DNA from: Candidatus Omnitrophota bacterium
GTDB taxonomy: Bacteria > Omnitrophota > Gorgyraeia > Tantalellales > Tantalellaceae
DNA: 64,000 nucleotides
Assembly (NCBI GenBank): GCA_015231405.1
Contig: JADGBR010000006.1
Coordinates: 40,218-104,217 of the forward strand
Direction of reading: 5' to 3'
The first letter of the stretch is position 1. Each line of letters opens with the position of its first letter. Both the position numbers and the translations under genes were made by a program. The notes below the pieces were generated by a model that ran no database searches, was not told the origin of the DNA, and worked only from the letters and a program-made list of their open reading frames with translations. Positions 57,614 to 64,000 of the stretch are shown one piece after another.

Positions 57614-58894
57614 TCACAGATCAGACGGATGTGTTATCTTCCCCGTTATCGCGCTTGCCGCGGCCACTGCCGGGTTGGCGAGATAAATAAAACTTTTCGG
57701 ATGGCCCATCCTGCCGACGAAATTCCTGTTGGTGGTAGCAAGCGCCACTTCCCCCTCCGCCAAAATGCCCATATGCCCGCCGAGACAGGGCCCGCAGCTG
57801 GGAGTGCAGAAAACCCCGCCGGCTTTTATAAAAGTTTCGGCATAGCCTTCCTTCATCGCTTCCTTGTAGATATCCTGCGTCGCGGGTATGATCACGAGCC
57901 TTATACCCGGAGCTATTTTCCTATTCTTGAGTATAGCCGCCGCTTTTTTAAGGTCGGATATCCGACCGTTGGTGCAAGAGCCTATGACCACCTGGTCGAC
58001 TTTGACATCTTTCAGTTCGTGAACAGGCTTGGTGTTCGACGGGAGATGAGGCTCGGCGACCACCGGCTGGAGCTTAGAGATATCGTATTCCCTGACATCC
58101 GAATACACGGCGTCCTTATCGCTTTTAAAGATCTTATAGGATTTCCGCTGGGGCTTGTATCTTTTTATAGCGGCTTTCATATACCTTTCGGTCTCTTTAT
58201 CGGGCTCGATGATGCCGCTTTTCGCGCCGGCTTCTATCGCCATATTACACATCGAGAACCTTTCATCCATACTGAGATTTTGAAGTGCGTCGCCGGATAT
58301 CTCAAGCGCCTTGTATCTCGCGCCTGAAACCCCGAGGTCCCCTATAGCGTGAAGGATAAGGTCTTTTCCTCCCACCCATTTTCTGGGTTTCCCTTTGAAA
58401 ACAAGTTTTATCGTCTCGGGCACCTTGAACCAGCATTCTCCGAAAGCCATCACATACGCGAGGTCCGTGGAACCTACTCCGGTAGCGAACGCTCCCAGCG
58501 CGCCGTGAGTGCAGGTATGGGAATCTGCGCCTATGATAATATCCCCCGGAAGAAGTAACCCTCTTTCCGGCAATAAAGCGTGCTCGACCCCCATCCGTCC
58601 TACCTCAAAATAATTGGTTATCCCGAATTCCCTGGCAAAATCCTTTAACTCTTTAGCCTGGTTGGCGCTTTTCATGTCCTTGGCCGGGAGAAAATGATCG
58701 GGTATAAGGGCAATTCTGTCTTTATGAAAAACTTTCTTTCTTTTTAGTTTCCTAAATTCCTGTATCGCTATGGGGGCGGTTATATCATTCCCGAAACAGA
58801 AATCCACCTTAGCCATAATAAAGTCGCCGGGTTTAATGCTTTTCACTCCGACCGCATGAGCTAAAAGTATCTTTTCCGTAATGTTATATCCCAT
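57614..58894 (-). CDS. leuC: 3-isopropylmalate dehydratase large subunit (short archaeal/Thermotoga-type, 426 aa)
   Basis: Aconitase-family Fe-S ligand motifs (…GSCTNGR…, …CGPCLG…). Adjacent to leuD and leuB. Confidence 0.9.
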   Translation of the reverse strand: MGYNITEKILLAHAVGVKSIKPGDFIMAKVDFCFGNDITAPIAIQEFRKLKRKKVFHKDRIALIPDHFLPAKDMKSANQAKELKDFAREFGITNYFEVGRMGVEHALLPERGLLLPGDIIIGADSHTCTHGALGAFATGVGSTDLAYVMAFGECWFKVPETIKLVFKGKPRKWVGGKDLILHAIGDLGVSGARYKALEISGDALQNLSMDERFSMCNMAIEAGAKSGIIEPDKETERYMKAAIKRYKPQRKSYKIFKSDKDAVYSDVREYDISKLQPVVAEPHLPSNTKPVHELKDVKVDQVVIGSCTNGRISDLKKAAAILKNRKIAPGIRLVIIPATQDIYKEAMKEGYAETFIKAGGVFCTPSCGPCLGGHMGILAEGEVALATTNRNFVGRMGHPKSFIYLANPAVAAASAITGKITHPSDL

Positions 58895-59080
58895 TTACCG
58901 CTCCTTATTTGAAATATCAAAAGCACATTGTGAGAAAGAAGTTTACCAAATTTGGGAAGTAAAATCAATGGGTTATTTCAGGCGGGAACGAGGATCAACA
59001 ACATCCCGCCTGCCCTCCGACGAAGTCCTCCGAAGCAAAATAATATAAAATGGGTATGCGTAGGAGGAAGCCAAATAATA

Positions 59081-59102
59081 TAAAATAGTTTGGCGAAGGA
59101 GG
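59081..59102. repeat. Solo copy (inverted orientation) of the CCGCCTTCGCCAAACTATTTT-family motif, preceded by a direct repeat aaataatataaaat(g/a)g
   Basis: Read directly: aaaatagtttggcgaaggaggg. Confidence 0.5.
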
Positions 59103-59113
59103 GTACGTTATTA

Positions 59114-62100
59114 TTATGCCGAAACTACGACTTTTCTGAGGTTCTCCCACTCCTGCATAGCCCCCCGGCTCATCTCTTCATAAGCTGAGGGAATTACCAT
59201 CAACCTGGAAGGGGCGGTCGTCAATCCAACGAACCATCCGTTCAAAAGCCGCGATAAGGATATAGCTTGTCCCTCACCCGGGATATCGGGGATAAAGATC
59301 GACAGGTTTTCATACAATTCATCTCTCAGTATCTCTGAAATGCCGTTTAACCCTTCCTTGTCAGGGATATCGGTACAAATAAGCATGTAATCATTCTCCT
59401 TCAATGTACCGAAGTACATATCCTTTACTATCCTGACCCTTCCTTCGATAGTTGCTGGATCATATCCCAAAGGCCCTATGTGTGTATATTTTCCGGCTAT
59501 GTTATTAAGTTCATCCTCGCTTACGGTCCTTATGGCCACATTTTCAGGAACACCCAGCGCCCTGGACAGCTGACCGCCGCGCTCGAGGATAGAAAAGAAC
59601 GATAGGTCTTCATTATTCGCCCCGGTAACCACTATTTCGAACCTGGTCCCTTTACCGGCGAGCGATCCCATTTTTTTGAGAACATGCAGGAGATCAGGAG
59701 CATTCCTGAGCACCTGAGAAGGAACTGCGATAATGTATTTCGACGCCTTCTTTTCCGTCACCGGACAGCCTTTAAGCAATTCATTTAACCGCCCCCATAA
59801 ACTATCCGAGATCCCTTCGCTTTCACTGATCTTTCTGGAAAGGCTTTTATAGGCCGCTTTTACGCGCTCATCGTTTTCCAGGACCTTTCTCCTCTCTATC
59901 GCCCTCAGGTACTCACCGTCGTCGAGGATGTCTTTTACAGACTCTATACCCAGGCTTTTCGCTAGAAGGTCCCTGTCATCGCTCAATGTGTACTTGAAAT
60001 CAATGGTGCCGTCGTCACGGACGGCATAGTCCGTTTTAAGGAACTTGATCTTCATGTCTTTTTTCGCCTCGATAAGCCCTTCCCTCATATGTGTGTTCAG
60101 TATAACTGTAGCTCCGATCTCCTCCGTCAAATATCTCGCGATCGCCGCCTGAAGCGCCGACAGCTCCCAGTAATCGCTGCCGTGCAGTTCATCCATAAGT
60201 ATGAGCGAATTTTTCGTGGCGTTATCTATGAGGCCCGCGAGCCGCTGGGCGACCCTGTTAAAATATGACTGACCGCCGCTCATTATCTCCTCGGCGCCGA
60301 AAAAGGTAAGGACCTTATCATATCCCGGCAAAGAACAGGTCGCAGGAACGGGATAACCCTTCCTGGCTAAAAGCACTATCGCCTGGATAGTCCTTATAGC
60401 TGCTGTCTTACCGCTCTTATTCGGGCCCATGATGGCGAATTGATCCAGAGCCGTTCCCTGGACCATATCTATACTTTTAGCCGACTCGTAGAACGGGGAT
60501 AAAGCGTTCCTTATTTCCATGGTCCCGCCTGCTTGCGCAAGATGAAGATCGTTATTCTCTTTCATCGTTAACGCCACTCCCATGATGCTGTCAAGCGCGG
60601 GGAGAAAAGCCTTTTCCATGTTCCCAAGGCCGGTTAATAGTTTTTTGACGCAGTTCTTTTCCATGGCCATTATCTCTTTAAATCTTTGTTCCCTCGGAGC
60701 CTCTTTTTCCGATTCGGGCCTTGGGTCATTCTCTTTAAGATGGAGGATGATCCCGTCTTCGGAGTACAGTTTCCTTCTTTCACCTTTACTCCCTTCTTCC
60801 GGGATATTCTTTTCGATGGATTTGATCGTATTATCGATGTCTCCTTCAGGCAAAAGGCCTTCGCCTTTGAGTTCACTCAATAATTTCACGATCCGTCTCA
60901 ACCGTTTATTCACTCTTTTCACAAGTTTGTCCAGATATTCATCGGCCATTTTAGGCGTTTTCCATATTTCAGGCGTAGGATCGATAAAATTGAATTCGCC
61001 GAAAATGATCTCCCTGTCGTTTTCAAGTGTTCCTCTTTTTATCCACCGTTCTAAAAGGTCTCTGTATGGGAGTAGGTCACCTGTATATCCATTATAAAAG
61101 ATGTTTTTTTCCGAGAATAAGGCTTTCCTGGCCCTTTTGAATATTTCATGGTCCTGCAATTCGTCATAAGCGGTTTTACCGGAACTTTTTCCGCGAGGCT
61201 TATCTCCCGTCGACCCTGCCCCGGGATCCGGCATTTCACTTCCGGTTACCGCCCTGTAATATTCCGCGCTCCAGCCTATGACCTTTTCCGGGAAACTATA
61301 CTTACGCAATGTCTTTACGGCATAGCTGTCGTCGGCGATCCCTTCTTCAAAAGTCCTTTCACCTTCGGGCCCTGGCATGATACGCTTAAAAGAAAGGTCC
61401 GGATAAGCCGCCTTCAATATGTGCATGACCTCTTTTAAATGTGTCGTGTAAACCACGGTAGCTCCGGTTTTCATGAGGTCCTCTATCAAAACGGATGTAA
61501 TAGCCGTAAGGTCCTTATATTCCGAACCCATATGAGCTTCGTCGATAATGACAAGATCCCCGGGCCCGGCGACGCCTATAAGGTCTCCAAGCCTTCTGAC
61601 AAGGGCCGTATGAGTGCTCTCTCCTTCCTTAATATTCTCATAGGACGGGGTATCTACGTAGACGTTCCTGAAAACGCTGAGCTCCGCGTATTCGGCCGGC
61701 ACGGGAAGGCCCATCTGGTTATACAGCGCGCATATCGCTATCATCTCGGCTGTGGTGCTTTTACCGATCTCGTTCTCCCCGGTAATCCCAAGGAATTTCC
61801 TCCTGCCGGTAATATCTATGTCGACAAGGTCCATGTTCTCTTTCTTTCCGGCCGCTGGGTTCCACGCCTTATCGAGCTTCACTCTGCCCAGGACATCCGG
61901 GACTTTCGCGATCGAATAACCGCCCTGTTTCATCATCCGCGCCCCGCCGGACGCGAAAAGCATTTCGTTCACGAGGTTATGCGTATTAGCGATCGAAAAT
62001 AATGAGTCGTTATCAGCGTTAAATACATCCTCGAACGATCGCTGTAAAGGACGAAATTCATTAACGCGTTCCGGCAGGGTTACCCCTCTCATATCGTGGA

Positions 62101-63481
62101 AGTCCCGGTTAAAACCGGTCATGTACTGCCAGAATCGCGACATTGAAAATTCCGAGACCTCCGCCTCGGTCGGTCGGAGTCTCGTCAAATCCCTTTCCAG
62201 AAGGGAGGCCATTCTTTTCTCGGTTCTCGCGTGAAATAACCTGTCCTGCATCGCGCCCCATTCGCTGGAGATGATATCGAAACGGTCAAAAGGATATTTT
62301 TGTGTATAGGCGATCATATTTTTAACTTCCGGGTCTTCCAGAAAAGAATTTATCCAACCATATAATCCGAAATCGCCTTTTATACCCGTTGCGTCCATGA
62401 TGGCTTTAATTTCCAAGGCATATCCGGCAAGGAAGGATAATCTTATGATAGCTTTGGTAAGGTAATGATCGCGGGTATTAAATATGTATTCGGGTTCGCC
62501 TTCCACCAACATGGCTGTTATTCTGGGGTCCATGTCTTTACGCTGTTTACAAAACCTGAAAAACCAAATATCTTGCATGTAATCATGCGCCGTATTGGCC
62601 ATACCTACTAAAGTCCCGGTAAGCCTTTCATAGGTATCTTCATCCAGTTCATTGATGGCTTTCACCTGCCTCTGAGATCTCTCAATTTTATTTTTATCTC
62701 TTAATGGATTATTCCACCTCGGGCGGAACATATGCTCAGTGAACTGTCGACGCGCTTTCCGGTTCATTCCGCTAAAAGTAAAATACCGGCTTACCTTATC
62801 CAACTCTTTCACAGCCCCATCATCGGAGAACTCTTCCACCCCGGCATAAAGGCTATCCATATGAAGTCGCCCATAAGTGCCCCAGCTCATCACATCTCTT
62901 AGAGCCGTACGCACCCTTTCCTTTTCCACCCGGATCCCGAGATCATCCGCCGCTTTATATTGGTCATCACCTCTCAGATCTTCTTTTCCCCTCTTCAGTA
63001 GCGCCCTGGGATTTATCGGCATCGGAAGACCCGCGTCATAACAGTCATGCGCGATAAGGCGCCTGTAAGGGACCTCTTCCTGCTGATCACCGTTATTATC
63101 CCGTTCACTCGTCTTCAATTCCGCTTCCCGGACCAACAGGTCGGCCTCGATCACCCCATTCAAGAACGAGTCGTCACCTCCCGTCCCTGTTGAGATATAA
63201 CATCCCGATGGAAGCTTCAAATACTGATTACCTGACACATCCAATGCCCTGGCGTATCTGTCAGACCGGGATGCGTCCCGTATAAGCCCCGCCCGCCTGT
63301 ATATCTCGGCGGCGATTTCCCCTCTTCTTGCCGTATCATCGGTAAAAGTCCAGACGCTTAAAAGTGCGGCGGACTTCCCCCACCCCTCATCCCGGCAAGA
63401 TATGACATCACCCGAAAGAAAACAGATCATAAGAAAAATTTTTTGCGCTGCGAATTTTTTAAGCATAAATAGACTTATCAT
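59114..63481 (-). CDS. Large protein (1455 aa) with two tandem MutS-family (domain V-like) ABC ATPase domains and an N-terminal hydrophobic segment
   Basis: First P-loop …LGITGENEIGKSTTAEM… with …LVIIDEAHMGSEYKD…TTH. Second P-loop …FAIMGPNKSGKTAAIRT… with …LILMDELHGSDYWE…NTH. No Smr or mismatch-binding domain was recognised. Confidence 0.6.
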   Translation of the reverse strand: MISLFMLKKFAAQKIFLMICFLSGDVISCRDEGWGKSAALLSVWTFTDDTARRGEIAAEIYRRAGLIRDASRSDRYARALDVSGNQYLKLPSGCYISTGTGGDDSFLNGVIEADLLVREAELKTSERDNNGDQQEEVPYRRLIAHDCYDAGLPMPINPRALLKRGKEDLRGDDQYKAADDLGIRVEKERVRTALRDVMSWGTYGRLHMDSLYAGVEEFSDDGAVKELDKVSRYFTFSGMNRKARRQFTEHMFRPRWNNPLRDKNKIERSQRQVKAINELDEDTYERLTGTLVGMANTAHDYMQDIWFFRFCKQRKDMDPRITAMLVEGEPEYIFNTRDHYLTKAIIRLSFLAGYALEIKAIMDATGIKGDFGLYGWINSFLEDPEVKNMIAYTQKYPFDRFDIISSEWGAMQDRLFHARTEKRMASLLERDLTRLRPTEAEVSEFSMSRFWQYMTGFNRDFHDMRGVTLPERVNEFRPLQRSFEDVFNADNDSLFSIANTHNLVNEMLFASGGARMMKQGGYSIAKVPDVLGRVKLDKAWNPAAGKKENMDLVDIDITGRRKFLGITGENEIGKSTTAEMIAICALYNQMGLPVPAEYAELSVFRNVYVDTPSYENIKEGESTHTALVRRLGDLIGVAGPGDLVIIDEAHMGSEYKDLTAITSVLIEDLMKTGATVVYTTHLKEVMHILKAAYPDLSFKRIMPGPEGERTFEEGIADDSYAVKTLRKYSFPEKVIGWSAEYYRAVTGSEMPDPGAGSTGDKPRGKSSGKTAYDELQDHEIFKRARKALFSEKNIFYNGYTGDLLPYRDLLERWIKRGTLENDREIIFGEFNFIDPTPEIWKTPKMADEYLDKLVKRVNKRLRRIVKLLSELKGEGLLPEGDIDNTIKSIEKNIPEEGSKGERRKLYSEDGIILHLKENDPRPESEKEAPREQRFKEIMAMEKNCVKKLLTGLGNMEKAFLPALDSIMGVALTMKENNDLHLAQAGGTMEIRNALSPFYESAKSIDMVQGTALDQFAIMGPNKSGKTAAIRTIQAIVLLARKGYPVPATCSLPGYDKVLTFFGAEEIMSGGQSYFNRVAQRLAGLIDNATKNSLILMDELHGSDYWELSALQAAIARYLTEEIGATVILNTHMREGLIEAKKDMKIKFLKTDYAVRDDGTIDFKYTLSDDRDLLAKSLGIESVKDILDDGEYLRAIERRKVLENDERVKAAYKSLSRKISESEGISDSLWGRLNELLKGCPVTEKKASKYIIAVPSQVLRNAPDLLHVLKKMGSLAGKGTRFEIVVTGANNEDLSFFSILERGGQLSRALGVPENVAIRTVSEDELNNIAGKYTHIGPLGYDPATIEGRVRIVKDMYFGTLKENDYMLICTDIPDKEGLNGISEILRDELYENLSIFIPDIPGEGQAISLSRLLNGWFVGLTTAPSRLMVIPSAYEEMSRGAMQEWENLRKVVVSA

Positions 63482-63567
63482 TATTATTGCTATTTATTAA
63501 GCTAACATTGTACCACACAAGGAACCGATATTTATTTTACTTTTTTAATTACTAACATTAATTGGCC

Positions 63568-64000
63568 TCACAGGCGGGGAATAGAACTGAGCAGATGCTT
63601 TGTGTATTCGTGTTTCGGATCTTCGTAGATCTCAGCGCTTCCGGCTATCTCGACGAGCCTGCCGTCTTTCATAACGCCTATGTGGTCGGACATGAACTCG
63701 ACGACACGGAGGTCGTGAGAAATGAAAAGATATGTGAGGCCCATTTTATCCTGCAGGTCCTTTAAAAGGTTCAATATCCCTGCCTGTATCGAAACGTCCA
63801 GACTCGATACGGGTTCATCGAGTATAACTATGGCTGGAAATCTGACTATGGCCCTGGCTATGGCTATTCTCTGCCTCTCACCACCGGAGAACTGATGGGG
63901 ATATTTTTTCAGAACCGAATGCTCGAGCCTAACCAGCGAAAGGATGTCTTTTATCCGTTTTTCTATCTCATCTTTTTTGACTTTACGGATGTAAAGTGAT
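63568..64000 (-). CDS. ABC transporter ATP-binding protein (oligopeptide/dipeptide OppD/F-DppD/F type), C-terminal part; the gene continues past the window end
   Basis: LSGGERQRIAIARAI signature and Walker B ILDEPVSSLD upstream of the listed ORF. C-terminal …YTKHLLSSIP. Confidence 0.85.
   Translation of the reverse strand, partial: SLYIRKVKKDEIEKRIKDILSLVRLEHSVLKKYPHQFSGGERQRIAIARAIVRFPAIVILDEPVSSLDVSIQAGILNLLKDLQDKMGLTYLFISHDLRVVEFMSDHIGVMKDGRLVEIAGSAEIYEDPKHEYTKHLLSSIPRL

Noticed and set aside
57614-58894. Whether the leuC/leuD pair is actually homoaconitase or methanogen-type HACN
   Set aside because: The short LeuC/LeuD pair is ambiguous by family. Immediate linkage to leuB and asd favours a 3-isopropylmalate dehydratase assignment. 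The ambiguity is noted in the feature rather than reported as a finding.
1-64000. rRNA genes, transposases or IS elements
   Set aside because: No 16S/23S/5S-like sequence and no DDE or serine/tyrosine recombinase-like ORF were recognised by reading all six frames of the ORF track.

Overview
This 64-kb window looks like a chromosomal segment from a diderm (Gram-negative-type) bacterium of unknown lineage, about 50% GC, with nearly all genes on the minus strand. Housekeeping genes dominate. I can support folE, mnmE, folC and purH in one operon, then era, a HAD hydrolase, a UvrD-family helicase and glgP. Further along are a tetrapartite efflux locus (TolC-like OMF, HlyD-like MFP and two tandem RND pumps) and a ROK-family gene. 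The second half carries tRNA-Glu(CUC), an ArnT/PMT-like glycosyltransferase, a CBS-GAF-GGDEF cyclase, purU and a DUF3047 protein. It ends with tRNA-Leu(GAG), rpsI-rplM, truA, asd, leuBDC, a 1455-aa protein with two MutS-type ATPase domains, and a partial Opp/Dpp-type ABC ATPase. A partial giant protein with an HExxH motif runs off the left edge. The most striking region is a roughly 14.6-kb minus-strand cluster (32249-46809) immediately downstream of tRNA-Glu. It holds three giant paralogous secreted proteins of 1162, 1388 and 1508 aa. Each has a signal peptide, a long KE-rich coiled-coil region and a shared C-terminal module of about 350 aa. The same conserved domain appears again as a stand-alone 171-aa secreted protein inside the cluster, next to a 588-aa outer-membrane beta-barrel gene. 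One paralog also carries an in-frame GGQPGQ tandem repeat of about 11 copies. I do not recognise this as a described system and infer that it is a novel cell-surface or secretion module. The window also holds several families of short intergenic repeats and palindromes: GTGGGACGTAGG direct or inverted repeats, GGACYAT heptamer arrays flanking era, twin GC hairpins, a CCGCCTTCGCCAAACTATTTT hairpin family, AGCTTTCAGC palindromes, and CAGAAT hexamer palindromes with a 10-C tract. I found no rRNA, CRISPR array, transposase or integrase.
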